64,000 bases of DNA, taken from IMG/VR virus record IMGVR_UViG_3300031840_000567. One strand, given 5' to 3'. The translations under genes and the position numbers were made by a program. Of this stretch, positions 19,801 to 31,700 are shown piece after piece. The notes under the pieces are model-generated. The model ran no database searches. It saw nothing but the letters and a program-made list of their open reading frames with translations, and was not told the DNA's origin. Source of the DNA: an uncultured virus (IMG/VR IMGVR_UViG_3300031840_000567). Its lineage: Duplodnaviria > Heunggongvirae > Uroviricota > Caudoviricetes. How positions within the stretch are numbered: the stretch's first letter is position 1; each line of letters begins with the position of its first letter.

Positions 19801-22800
19801 GTGTCGATGTTTAAAACAGTTGATGCTTGAGAGTATCCATTTGGAAGAGTGGCTGCAGGACTATATGGGTTAACCGTGAATGTTTCTGTAGGAGCATTGA
19901 ATGGTCCTTTCTTATGGTTTGGAGCAGCTAATCTAAATTCAAAAACAGTAGCGCCAATTGTTCCGCGAATTGTTTCTCCAATTTGGAAGGAACCAGAAAC
20001 ACTACTGACTTCCAATAACTTAGGAATGATATCAACTCCACCCTGATTATCAAAGAAAGGATAAAAATTAGTAAATGGTTTTAAACCAATAGCAGCGAAT
20101 TCGATATTTCTAGAACGACAGAAAGGATCGAAAGTTTCTTCTGCAATAAAGGTGTTTTCAGACCTAATGTCATCTCTCTGTACCGTTCTACCAACTTCTC
20201 TGGTACTTACAGAAGCAGAACCACCAAGAGCTCCACCTCTAGTCAAACTAAAGTTCGCAGCAACTTGATTATTGAATACTGTAATACCAATAGTATTACG
20301 AATAACATTCTGAGTCTCTCTGGTATTAATCCAGTTATCTAATGAAGGATTAAGCTTTAGTTCACCTGTAAATGCAACAACATGGAATGGATTGATGTTA
20401 TTGACTTTGGTTGCAAATTCTTGCTTGATGTATTCTTTTTCTTGATACTTGAGTGATAACAAATTACCCGTCTTTTGGGTATTTGCATCATCTAACAATA
20501 AGAAATTAGAGCTAAAGTCAATCTGGGATACTGGAATATCATCTTTAGGTGCAACCTGAAGTGCCGAAGAATCAAATTCTCTCAGTGGTCTTAGTTCGCC
20601 AAGATCTCTATCAATCTCACATGGTGAGCTTGGATGCATGAAATCAAAAGTCTTAAAGTTGTCAACAAAGAATCCAGATTTGAATCTTGTAAGACCTTGG
20701 GAATCTCTAATTTGTAGAGACTCAGCACTCTTCTCTAAAAGATTGAGACTGGTAACAACTTCTAGATTTTCCACTCGGTCGGCAAGATCTCCAATATCTC
20801 TCATCGTATAACGACGATTATCTTTGAGATAAACTCTTGCTTCCTGAGTATCTCTAAGGTATGCTGGAAGAAGGACTGTCCCAACTTCCATCCCTTTACC
20901 AGATACTACTGGAGGAATTGGTTGTCTAGCCGGTTTACCTTTAATAAGATCAAAATTGCCATCTTGAAGTAATACTAGTTTGTCAATTCTAGGAAGATAG
21001 AAGTCATAGTCAAAAGTCATTGACTCGTTAGGAGTCAAGATTCTATCTGGTTTCCCTACAAAATCTCTAGATGTATAGAAGAAAGGAGACTCTGATGCTG
21101 AAGCTGGATTATATGATGCAACTCTAGGTCTAAAATCTAGAACATCATGGGCTTCAATGCGAGAAGGTCCAATTTGGGGAATATCTTTTTTATATCTTTC
21201 TTCATCATAACTATTAACTGTGAATACATCTCCAGTGTCTCCACTAGGAACATCATATCTGTTGTAAATAATAGTAAGTTGTCTATGAGGAATATATGCT
21301 CCTCTATTTCTTACGACTCTAGAGTAATCGTAATATTGATTTCTTTGTCCCTTGTCTAGCAAGTAGCTAGAAGTGACATCTCTATATTTTCCAGGAGCAG
21401 TTCCTTGCAGAACAGCTGTAGTATTTGACTCCTCAAAATTTAAAGGTTCTAATGTTGCAAATCTATCTCTAGTCAGATATACAACACTGATTTGATTATT
21501 ACCAGCATCAATAGAAATTACCTTTGCAATTGCATTAGTTGAAGTGCCAAAAATATTTTCCCCAATAATAGCACTAGTAAATACATCATCAGTAGATGTG
21601 AAATTTAATTTGTCTAAAATAGGAGCAGATGCATCCAGTGATTCATAGATAGCTATGATATCAGTAGCATCTGGTTCATTGAGAGAAATATCTCTATCCT
21701 GAACTCTTAATCCATAAAGATCACTATGATTAAGTCCATCATTAACACTCGTAGATGGGTCACTTCCAGATCTTCTATTGGTTGATCTAGTTACTGATAC
21801 TTGCTGACATCGTTTGAATTCTTTTACTTTATTTTTAATATTTGATTTAATAACAGTGACATTAACTGTCATTCCAGTTTGTGAAGGATTGAGTCCAGTA
21901 ATTGTAAGTTGTGTTGGACTTACTGTTACTTGATCTTCTTCAATTACAGCAATAGTTCCGTTAGAATATTGTGCTTGATATCTCTCTTCATCAAAAGCTG
22001 CAAATGACGCATCATTAAGATCTACAGAAGCAATAGGAAGAATTAATTGACCAAGCGAATTTGTAGATTCATTCTGAACCTGTGCAGAAAGCAATAATGA
22101 AGATCCAGTAAAATCAACATTAGAAATATTGAGATCTGGTAGAACAGTAATCAAAGATGCATTTTCGTTGCTACTATCTTGAGCTCCAAGTGAAATTTCA
22201 CCAACATACCCATTAACACCACCATCAAACAAATTTGCAACTGTTGTCATAGCTCCAACAGTCATTGACTGAAGATCTGAAGCAATCGAAGTTACAACAT
22301 TTTGAAACTGAGTCTGTGTGCCGTTCTTAGTGTCGGTATACCTAATAATATCACCGGCTTTGAATCTTTGGAAACTATCGATTCTAGGAGCAGTTACTGT
22401 TGCCCCAGCACCAGATACTGCAATGGTTACCTGACCAGTTCCCAATCTAGGAGGAATTCTATCGTTGAGCTTCTTGTTAGCTGCAAAACTACTACCACTC
22501 TGAGCAAACGAGAAAACATCGTTAATACCATAACTAGTGATTGACTCAATAGTTCTAGGAGATTCTTCAGAACCATTAATTAAGATTGGTTCGCCTACTC
22601 TAAAAGAACCAGATGTTTGGGTAACTTGGATTGAACTAGAACCAGCACCTGCAGCAACTGCAAATGCATTAGCCCCACTTTCTTTACCAACAATAAATGC
22701 CGATTTAATTAGTTCTGTGGCGCTTACATTATCACTGAGTTTTAAGTTCGTATATGTTTGAACATCGTACAAATACAGATTAAATTCTGTAGATGCGTCT

Positions 22801-24146
22801 TCATACTTCTGATCTCTTAATCCAAAATTGTATACCTTTGCATCACCAATTTTATTAGAAGTTCCTGCCACAAGTCTTGTGGAACTCTCAAATGGACCAC
22901 TAAACAGATCAATTCTGTTGGTAAAAGTTGTAATACCAGTTATATTATTTACAATAAATTTATTTCCCATCTCAAATGGGAATGATTTGCCTTTTACTTC
23001 TTGAGTTTCTCTAGGTTTGAAGAAATCAAGTACCGTAGGACCATCAGTTGATACATCATATCCGTTAACATATGCCTTACCAGCACTAATTTTTAAGCAG
23101 GCAAGATCTTCATCTGGGGTATTTCCATCAAAAGTTGTTTGATCTGAGAAATAAACGCCGTCATTACCTTGTCTATCGTTAAGACATTCGGTAACATCTA
23201 ATAGGAACTTATTGACAGTATAGTTACCAGACTCATCAAAAGTTCTTCCTGCGAGATAATCTCTAATTTTTGAATATTCTGTCTCTTTTTTAATGACTAA
23301 AACTTCGCCATTATTGACACGAACAACCTCTACAAAATCAGTGTCATTAAAATCTGTAATAGGTTTCTTACTAAGAACTAGATTAATTCTTAGTCTATCG
23401 GCACCAGGTGCAGCAAAGTTAGAAAATCCCTTGGCATTATCATAAAGAGACTCGTCTCCTTTTGCAGATACCGTTGTTTCAATTACACTAAGACCAACTC
23501 TGAAAGTGGGTTGAGAGCTGTACTGGTCTAAAATAATAGTCTGTTTTTTTACTTTTACAAAATTACCTCTAACAAAGATAATTCCTTCATCAATAGAAAC
23601 AGAAGATCCAATGGTGCATGAATTTAGATCAATCGTAGATGCAAAAGTACCACCAACATTAATTGTAGTGTTACCATATGTAAAAGAATCTTCTGTGACT
23701 AAAATTTCAGAGTCATTAAAGAAATTAAAATCTCCAGTAAGTGAAGAGTTAATATATTTTACAAAGAATGTATCATAATCATTATCAGACTCGGAAGCAC
23801 TAATAAAATTAATTACTTTTGCAGTAACACCAGTGGTTTGACCCCTAATAGTCTTACCAATAACCTTACTAGCATATACTCCAATATCAACACCGAGGTG
23901 AGTTGGATTTACTTGGACAGCATAATACTGTCCATCAAATGTCACAGACCCAGGAACGACAATCGATCCTTCCTTGAAGATATGACTACCAAATTTTTCT
24001 ACTTGATTTTGTAGAATAGATTGTAAGGTAGTAAGCTCTCTAGCTTGTACAGGGAATCCCGGCTTAAAAAGGACACGATGATAACCCTTTTCAGGATCAA
24101 AATCATCATAGTATGGACTTACATTGAGATTAGTCTGTGTTGGCAT
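16824..24146 (-). CDS. VrlC-like / DUF4815 large baseplate-associated structural protein
   Basis: NLNVSPYYDDFD, VLFKPGFPVQARELT.LQSILQNQ, APGADRL, RTFDESGNY, FKSGFFVDNF, DPLAQT, GSLFKSQNG motifs; follows gp8. Confidence 0.85.
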   Translation of the reverse strand: MPTQTNLNVSPYYDDFDPEKGYHRVLFKPGFPVQARELTTLQSILQNQVEKFGSHIFKEGSIVVPGSVTFDGQYYAVQVNPTHLGVDIGVYASKVIGKTIRGQTTGVTAKVINFISASESDNDYDTFFVKYINSSLTGDFNFFNDSEILVTEDSFTYGNTTINVGGTFASTIDLNSCTIGSSVSIDEGIIFVRGNFVKVKKQTIILDQYSSQPTFRVGLSVIETTVSAKGDESLYDNAKGFSNFAAPGADRLRINLVLSKKPITDFNDTDFVEVVRVNNGEVLVIKKETEYSKIRDYLAGRTFDESGNYTVNKFLLDVTECLNDRQGNDGVYFSDQTTFDGNTPDEDLACLKISAGKAYVNGYDVSTDGPTVLDFFKPRETQEVKGKSFPFEMGNKFIVNNITGITTFTNRIDLFSGPFESSTRLVAGTSNKIGDAKVYNFGLRDQKYEDASTEFNLYLYDVQTYTNLKLSDNVSATELIKSAFIVGKESGANAFAVAAGAGSSSIQVTQTSGSFRVGEPILINGSEESPRTIESITSYGINDVFSFAQSGSSFAANKKLNDRIPPRLGTGQVTIAVSGAGATVTAPRIDSFQRFKAGDIIRYTDTKNGTQTQFQNVVTSIASDLQSMTVGAMTTVANLFDGGVNGYVGEISLGAQDSSNENASLITVLPDLNISNVDFTGSSLLLSAQVQNESTNSLGQLILPIASVDLNDASFAAFDEERYQAQYSNGTIAVIEEDQVTVSPTQLTITGLNPSQTGMTVNVTVIKSNIKNKVKEFKRCQQVSVTRSTNRRSGSDPSTSVNDGLNHSDLYGLRVQDRDISLNEPDATDIIAIYESLDASAPILDKLNFTSTDDVFTSAIIGENIFGTSTNAIAKVISIDAGNNQISVVYLTRDRFATLEPLNFEESNTTAVLQGTAPGKYRDVTSSYLLDKGQRNQYYDYSRVVRNRGAYIPHRQLTIIYNRYDVPSGDTGDVFTVNSYDEERYKKDIPQIGPSRIEAHDVLDFRPRVASYNPASASESPFFYTSRDFVGKPDRILTPNESMTFDYDFYLPRIDKLVLLQDGNFDLIKGKPARQPIPPVVSGKGMEVGTVLLPAYLRDTQEARVYLKDNRRYTMRDIGDLADRVENLEVVTSLNLLEKSAESLQIRDSQGLTRFKSGFFVDNFKTFDFMHPSSPCEIDRDLGELRPLREFDSSALQVAPKDDIPVSQIDFSSNFLLLDDANTQKTGNLLSLKYQEKEYIKQEFATKVNNINPFHVVAFTGELKLNPSLDNWINTRETQNVIRNTIGITVFNNQVAANFSLTRGGALGGSASVSTREVGRTVQRDDIRSENTFIAEETFDPFCRSRNIEFAAIGLKPFTNFYPFFDNQGGVDIIPKLLEVSSVSGSFQIGETIRGTIGATVFEFRLAAPNHKKGPFNAPTETFTVNPYSPAATLPNGYSQASTVLNIDTTSLAAQAQGAFFGFAPTGMVMRGLTSGAQATVAGVRLVSDDFGDLIGSIFLRDPNQTPTPQVRIRSGNRDFRLTSSQTNANPLPGSTLISHATGRYTATGTTRVVQTDIRITTLETTTITNLSTIDIRGTIPSPPPPPPPVIINNTRVIDRTRTIIRNRTRVINRTRVVRVRRRDPLAQTIVTGPEGAWITSLDLFFASKNQGTTPVRVEVRTVELGTPTLFVIDRAAQATIRPSDITTSADGSVATNIKFDTPFYLDPDESYAIVILSDSDEYEVYCGEMGQKALNAQSLPAAKGKIYSQQFAMGSLFKSQNGATWTPTQFEDLTFTLYRADYTAEQGLLTFFNPPIEPNNGLLPPLGFDPIVGVPKKGKLGIVTTSNSGLIGTVFTPGRKISEQTSTFRYGHIETKGGPVLGTVGILNGGSNYGTPSAVVPTYNINGDGDGLTLTATVGAGISAITAVSIASSGRGYKVGDVVGLQTASMGGSGSGVRIGINSLGGIDTLYLTDVQAQTFDVAPGNEVTYNHASGSIIATGLDIVSFDATGSVYTGEYFRLSHRNHGMHSSLNRVILSDVESDVVPTELTVDVLSNETAISVASTSQFNTFEGAVVSAANTGYAFINSEILSYTSVGISSLGGVVRGVDATNALNHLKDDIIQKYEYNGVSLRRINAEHDVSSILRGIDDYYLKIDRGSSRSVDDTSNNIPQVSFKEEAAGGGQNVHASKNIQFDAVRPLLDASTFGPTDFISLQMRSVTGTSPDGSETSFIDNGFEDLNLNRINTLETTRLVASRTNESVRLGSLPRNKSFSFTVELANSGDSFNSPTVNLEGANALFYENRLNNPISDYRTDPRVKSRFNDPHASYYMSQPIYTKNPATSIKVIFEARRPIECEFRVLYSILKTDSSEVTPDFELFPGFRNLLDTDGDGIGDQVIDPKQNDGMSDSFVSADDTQYREYTYSVDDLPSFNGLQIKIVFTGTNQAKHPVIKNLRAIAVA

Positions 24147-24150
24147 CTTC

Positions 24151-25725
24151 TTAGAATTCTAAAACGATTTTAATGTCTTCTTTTTGACGCTCGTTCCTAG
24201 CAATAGATGGCCTATTGTCAAGATAAAGTATCTCACCAGTCCTTTTATTTATTTCTTCTGGAGCAAGACCGTTTGTAAACTGTACTCCTAGGTCAACAAC
24301 TTTACCTGATGGGGTAGTTGTTGAAATGCCGGTAAATCCAGAGTCGATGTTTACACTGAAACCACTTGGACCCGTAACAGCATTTCCTGTGGCAGAAAAT
24401 GGAATTACATCAGCATCTCCACCAACACCCAAACTATCGGTTGCATCATATAGACTAGGGTTGAGATAAAGGTTTCTATCTTGGAAATACTTAATTACTT
24501 TTGTACTTGTATCGTAAGAAGCAACATAAGCTTTTGCAGTGCCAACGCCAGAAATATTCTGTGTAATTTCAGAACCAATTGCAAGAGTTTGTACAGTACT
24601 ACCACTAAATTTGAGTGATTTAGTAGATGAAAACTCAGATGTATTGATAATCGCTGTAGATCCAGCACCAGCAGCGATTGGGTTCTTAATTACCCCAAGT
24701 TGCGAAAATGTAGTATCAGAAATAAAGTCATAAGAAGAACTATCAAATCTAGAATAGATAAGAACTTTATCTGTTCCTAATTCTTTATATAAATCAAATC
24801 CATGTCCTCTTGATGGAGGGATAATCGGGGTCAGTTTAGCAAATTTTGTAGCTCCATTATTAATAGACGAAAGATTGACTCTTCCAAAACTATACCCTTG
24901 TCCACCAGTAGTTACAATTGCAGAAATAATTTGACCGTTTGTATTTGTTTGAACTCTGACTTTGCCCCCAGTTCCATCTCCTAGAATATCCAATTCTACT
25001 GGGGACGATAAGAATGAGTATCCTTCACCCTGTTCGTCAATCGATACAACTTTAATTTGATTATTATTTAACTGAGAATCTCCATTATCTCTTACAACTT
25101 TAACTTCATTTTCAGTAGAAGTGTTCCATTCGTTAGGAACAGCTACATATTCGGTTGAGTCGAACTTGACAATATCAGCGGGAGGAACAGTAAAGAGGTA
25201 CTTCCATAGATAACCGTCGCCACTCGTCCCAGCTGCGGATGGTTCCAAATCAGTAAATGTCGGTTCATCTAACGAGGCGTTTGCTGAAGATGTAATTCCG
25301 GCAGAACCATTATTAATACAAATATAGACCCTAAAGTCTTTATTCATAATGTAATAGTTTGCAGAGTAAAGTCTACTGGAGTTAGATACTAATGATCTAT
25401 TATTAGTATCATAATCGTGTCGGTACATATCATAAGATGTACCTTTTGTCCACTGAACTTTACGAATCAATCTTCGCACATCACCAGGCAACACTTTTCT
25501 TCCGAAAAGCATGGTATCATAAACATGATTAACATAGCTAATATTATCAATAGGTGCTGGTGGTTGAACCGTAGTGCTATTCCAGGTACTAGTTCTTCCA
25601 TAACCCGCGATAGTCGGGTTTGCAAGACTCAAAAAGGTAAAATATGAATTAGTACCGCTAAGTATGGAGTCTACAAAGTTATTCGCATTAATGACCCTGA
25701 ACTGGTCGGTGATAATGGCTGCCAT
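24151..25725 (-). CDS. g8: baseplate wedge subunit gp8
   Basis: MAAIITDQFR, W..G..YDMYRHDY, VYICINNG, DGYLWKYLF, C-terminal RQKEDIKIVLEF. Confidence 0.9.
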   Translation of the reverse strand: MAAIITDQFRVINANNFVDSILSGTNSYFTFLSLANPTIAGYGRTSTWNSTTVQPPAPIDNISYVNHVYDTMLFGRKVLPGDVRRLIRKVQWTKGTSYDMYRHDYDTNNRSLVSNSSRLYSANYYIMNKDFRVYICINNGSAGITSSANASLDEPTFTDLEPSAAGTSGDGYLWKYLFTVPPADIVKFDSTEYVAVPNEWNTSTENEVKVVRDNGDSQLNNNQIKVVSIDEQGEGYSFLSSPVELDILGDGTGGKVRVQTNTNGQIISAIVTTGGQGYSFGRVNLSSINNGATKFAKLTPIIPPSRGHGFDLYKELGTDKVLIYSRFDSSSYDFISDTTFSQLGVIKNPIAAGAGSTAIINTSEFSSTKSLKFSGSTVQTLAIGSEITQNISGVGTAKAYVASYDTSTKVIKYFQDRNLYLNPSLYDATDSLGVGGDADVIPFSATGNAVTGPSGFSVNIDSGFTGISTTTPSGKVVDLGVQFTNGLAPEEINKRTGEILYLDNRPSIARNERQKEDIKIVLEF

Positions 25726-25758
25726 TATGATGAACGGGCGGAAGGTCTAACTTTTCTG

Positions 25759-25766
25759 TATTTATA
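25759..25766 (-). promoter_or_regulatory. T4-type late promoter TATAAATA upstream of g8
   Basis: Exact consensus on the minus strand, 34 nt before the ATG. Confidence 0.75.
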
Positions 25767-28700
25767 ATATCTTCGGCAATCCTCCAGTTCCTCTCAATCC
25801 AACACCACGCCTTTGAACGATAGGATAGTTTGTTAACTCTGGATCAAAGTCAATACCTTTAATATTTGCATTAACTGGTTGTGTTTGATCTCTAGTAACA
25901 TTACTGAACTTACCCCAAGTGAAATGAGCATAAGGAATTGAGGTAGAACCAACTCCAACAAAATCACTTACATTAGTATAAGATGCAATATTAGCAGTGA
26001 TAACTCCCACACGACCACCATTTCGTGTGGTTACTGCATGGACATAGTAAATGTTGTCACCATTGAATGTACTGATACCTACGATGTCAGTATCGTGCGT
26101 ATCGATGCTAGTAACAGCAGCACTAACCGTGTTAATACCAGTTCCATAAAGCTTGAATGGTTGTCCAGTAGTTAATCCAGCAGTGCTATTACCATCATTC
26201 ACATACTCTTGAGCGTCAAACTGAATGAGAAGAGCAAGATCAGTTCCAATACCAGGACATGTACTGATACCAGTAACAACTCCAATAAATCCTTGAACAT
26301 TCGCAACTAATGGTTCAATTCCTGTGATGTTCTCATAGTTTATTCCATAAACTGCGGTTGTACCGAATCCAACTTCTGCAATATACGCAAGACTGAATGA
26401 CCCGGTTAAACCATTATCAGTATCTCTGAACATAGCAGTAGAATCAACATATACGAAGGAATCGGTTGTAGTTAAGACTCCAATTACATTTGCAATCGGA
26501 GTAATCTGTGCTTCAATAGAATCTCTAGCTTTTGATACTAGGGATCCGTCAATGATAATATCTTTTTTCTGCTTAATCCAATCCATCGGTTTATAGTTAT
26601 CATTGCTGATACCTACACCCTGATAGAACGCAGTTTCTACTGTAGCTGCACTATCAATTCTCTTAACAATTCTATTAGCACTTTGGGCAAGATTTTCAGT
26701 ACTTTGAGTGACTTGATTTAACTCAATCTGGGCACTCTTTCTCAGTCTGAGATTATCACCGACTTTAATAACCTCATTTACATCAAATAAGAAGCTATCT
26801 TGCCCGATTGTTCCTCTATAGAAGAAAATAACGACATTATCTTCAGAAGTAGGAGCACTCGTAAATTCAATAACGGAACCACCATCAAATGTGTAGTTAA
26901 TGCCGGGTTCTTGAATAACACCATTAATAAAGATGAGAAGAACTGCAGAAAGGTCGATTTCTTTAGAATCTCGATCCCCTCTATCAATTTCAAAACTAAC
27001 TAGTGATTGCTGATAATAAAGAAGGAATCTCTTCTGATTACCATTTTGGAATGGTCGAATGTTATCAAGGTAATCGATGTTACCAAACTGCCAAGAAGAA
27101 ACTTGGTCAGTAAATACATCAACAACTTCTAACTCAAATGGACTGAACTTGTCTCCAGCATAAGGATCAGTAGAAAGACCAGTTACGGTGAACTTATCAC
27201 CGCGTTTGAATCCGTACCCCTTCTTACTAAATTGGAATTCAGATACTTCAAATAATGTTGATCCAATTCCAGTTGCTGTACTCACTCCTGCGATTTGAAT
27301 AGTGACGGAACAACCAACACCGGTTAAAGTTGTATTTCCAAGTCCAATTCTAGAAACACCAACAATCGGGAGATTTTCTCCATTGGGTTCTGGAGTAATG
27401 ACAATATCATTTTCCGTATAGTTTGTACCTGGTCCAGTAACACTGAACACCAAAGATCCACCAGCACCTACAACAGCAGTAACAGTAGCTCCTGTACCTG
27501 TGGATGTAGTAACAGCAATGCCAATAGTACCAAGGTTGGTATTATATCCAGACCCAAAAGTAAGTGGGAAGAAAGGTGCAGCAGTACCACCACTCACATA
27601 AGTGTGTGGGATTGTAGACGGACCAACTTGAACTTTGAATTGAGTAGCAGAAATAATACCAGCAACAGAGAATGGATCATTATGCTCTGGGAAAATAGTA
27701 GTCGTAACGCCAGCATGAGCTGCACCACAAGTAAATGCAATACCAGTCAGTTTTACTTGATCTTCGACGAGAAGACCATGGTTCGCTGAAGTAGTAACGG
27801 TCATGATGCCCGTTCTCTTATCATAAACAGCGTTACTAAGAGATACAGAAGGACCTGTGGTGGAGATCCCGACAATACCAGTGATAGTACCGCCAGCACC
27901 AACATTAAGACGGACATCAGCTCCTTTAAACGGTGCATAACCTACTCCTGGAGTAGACGCAATAGAAACGATAACACCGCCTCTAGGGAGTTGGTTCTGG
28001 TTGATATCATCTATATCGATAATTAAATCGGTGAATCCAACTGATGTGATACCACTAAATTGAACACTAGCAGCTGTAGAAACGGGATCTTCAATAATTT
28101 TAAAGTTAGAAACTCCTTCGTTATTTTCTCCAAATGGTGCTTGGAAAATACCGTTAATGAACAGAACGCCATTACCACCAGTAGAACCAATACCAGTTAC
28201 AGCAGCGCCAGTAGCAGTTAGTGGGAAGGTATTTTCAAGTCCATCAAACTTGTCCGAAAAATCATCAAATAGTTCATTAGTTCTATAATCATTTCTTAAA
28301 TAAGTTCTGCCACCAAAAGATGCTCTAGGGTATGGTAAGTTCTGTGGGTCAATAACTCCTAGGTCACCACCAAGAGGAGCTTCTGTAAAGTGAACTTGAC
28401 TATTAAGAATTTGGAAAGATCCCCTATGAATTCTTGCAATAGAACCAGCAGCATGATCAGTAGCTGCAGATCCAACAGCACCCCTTTCAACCTCAACGAT
28501 ACTCCAAGTGCCGATCCCTGTAATAGGTCCAGTTGGTTGAGTAGCAAAACCAACAGTTCTTACAATTGAGTACTCATCAGCAAGTTTTAACAGATCACCA
28601 GAAGTAACTGTACTTAATCCACTAAGTGCAAAAGAAGTAACAATACCATTTACTGCAACATCAAGATCGTAAGTGATTTGAGTGTATGAAATTGGTTTTT

Positions 28701-31700
28701 GAACAATTCCATTGAGAGCGATGATCGTTTTTTCATCTCTCTTATCCATAGTAAATCTATGCTTGTTTCCAGCAGAGGTTCCTGGTTGGAAAGTAACAGC
28801 TATTCCAGATCTTGCATCAGTAAGATTGGTGGAGATGAAGAATTGATCATTGTTATTTTTAATGATAAAGACTGTGGATGGGAGAGATGTGTGCCCATAT
28901 CCAGTAACATATTGAAGAGCACTAGCAGCAACACCAACAATATTAGAATCTGGTTCATATGTAACTGGTTCTGCATTCGAGAAGAAATGCTTGAAACTAA
29001 TAAGACCTGTTCCAAAGTCAATTTGACCTGGGTCTTGTGGGTTTAGATCTCTTTCATAAATTGGTGTTCCTTCATATTTGAGATCGAATGTTCTAATGTT
29101 TCTATTATTGATTCCTAAGTAAGTATTTTGGGTAACATTTTCAAATACATTGCCATAGTCAAATGAACCGATACCTGCAAGTGTTCCGTTTGGATCTGGG
29201 TCTTTATACAAGACTTCGTTGTAAGAATAGATGCTTACAATTCCTGTTACTCCAGAATCTGGATAGAATTCCAGATTTACATTGCTTCCACTAAATTCTG
29301 CTCCAAATGTGCCGATACCAGTAGTAGTGCCAATAGCTGCGATTGGTTGCTGTGATATGTAAGTATCAGCTTTTTCTGGATCTGACAATACATAGATTTG
29401 ATGTAGTGTCTGAGTTGATCCATAAGAAACATGTACGGTTGACTTGAATGATAAGTTAGTAAAGCTACTGACACCAACAACTGTAGAAATTCCAGTAGTA
29501 GCAGATGCACCAACAATAACTCTAGCTGTTCTCTCAGTACCTTCTGGAGTAAATTTAAGGTTGAGGTGTCTTATTGAAGTTGTACCAAGTCCAACATTCT
29601 CGAATGATACAAATTTACTTCTAATTGCGAGAGTAGAACTCTCATTGTGAATATAGTCAATTTTAACAACTCCACTTTCAATAGAAGAAGTAAATGTACC
29701 CATGAAGTTGGGACTTGAAATACCACCAAGACTTTGGCGAGTATTAAACGATGCGAGTTCTGTTAGGTAAGTATCTGTACCATCATGTTGGAGAGCTAAC
29801 TCAACATAATCAATACTCTTCGCTGCAGAATCTACTATAAGAAAATGACCAACACCACCAACAAATGTAGTAGTACTAAATCCGATAACTTGCGTGGTAG
29901 ACCCAGATCCTACAAGAACATTGGCAGATGAGTTTACAGCATTGCCGGTATTGGTAGATCCGATTCCTACATCAGCAGAAAAACCTTGCTGGAATGTCTT
30001 AATATCGTAATTAGTATCAAAAGTTTCATAAGGTTTAATTCTTATTTCAGTAAGATCATCGTCAGCATTGTAAAATGAGAAGAACTCTGCATATCCAGTT
30101 GAAAGACCAACATTGTTGGTATTGTTGATATGTGACTTCTGTAAAAGATAAGTACTCTTATCAACTGTTACTAGAATAACCTCATTTAATTGATACTGAT
30201 TATTCAGAGGATTTTCTGCCGAATGAGTTGTTTGAATAAGATATCTTGAGAAATTTCTTCCAGCAACAATCCCAGCAATAGTTCTATCATCACTTAAATC
30301 GTTAGATTCGTTACTAATGAAATTTGGACTAATATCATCATGAATAAGGACTCTATTAGTCTTATTGAGAATAAAATCCGCAAGTCTTGTAGATTTAAGC
30401 TCTAGGAATTTAGATGTATTGTTGTTAGCATTAACATCTCTAGAAAGATCGAAATTATAAATCCCATCAACTCTCAATGGATCACTAATAAAGTCAAGAA
30501 CAAATCCACCAGCATCATCGGCAGGTTGTACTGATTCTCCAGCATCACCGATCGATAAAATTTGAGTATTTGCAAAGTTCTTCATCCCAGCTGGATGAAC
30601 AATATCATTTACATAAGTAATAATTTCATCAAATGTCTTATCACTTTCGATAGCATAAGACATATTCTGATAGTAGTCATTATCGGGTAAGAATTGATTA
30701 CTATCACCAATTAGTCCAATATTATCAGACCATCCAACATTAGTATCAATAGTAGAATCGATATCATAATATCCATCAAATACTGTAACTGATTCTACTT
30801 CTGCACGATCACCACTATTAGTGCCGACAAGATTATCATCAGGTTCCAAAGGTCTAGAACCTTCGATGACCATAATCCCAGTATTTGTATCAATAGATCT
30901 CAAAATTAGATCAGTTTCATTATCATTGTTTCTTCTTAACGGTTCGTTCTTAGCAAATGGTGAGAAAGATATTGTAGATGAGAACTGTGCAAGGTCACCT
31001 GCTTTAACAATTTGACCAAAGCCAGGAACTACAGTTGCTCCAGTACCAACATTTGTAGTTAATCCAGTATACTTAAATGATACTTCTCGTGGATTTACTG
31101 CTGAGTTGTAGGTATCAATTTTAAAATTAGTGAATAAGTAGTCGCCAGAGTTAAATCCATCTCCGTCATTATTAAATTCAATTCCTTCAAGATATACTTC
31201 TTCCCCTGCAACAAAAGGTTCGTCAACATATCCAAGAATTGGGGTAGTAATTTTGCAGGTAACAACACCAACATCAGAGAAAGCTTCAATAATGGAAATA
31301 CCATTACTGTTTCTTAGTGGAGCAACGCCATAAGCATTTGCACTCAAACCTCTAGGTTGAACGACAACCTTAGCACTGTTTACAGCGGAATCACTAAGTT
31401 CACAAGTAATCAAACCATTATTGACAATAATTCCGGTAGATTTATCGTAAAGGACAAGAGAAGGTGCATTCAAGTAAGATTTGCCACCAAAGGTAACATC
31501 TACATCGATTACTCTATTTGCATTTTTAGCCTGTACAGATCTAGGTAAGAATGCATCTGGTTTTAAAGTATTGTCTGAGGGATATCCAAAAACATCAGTG
31601 GGGACTGTTACGCCTTTCAATTGATTGATCGAGGGACCGGTCAGAAGAAGATTTCCACTAATTCCACTATTCCCAATAGATGTAACTGCAGGAATTCTAT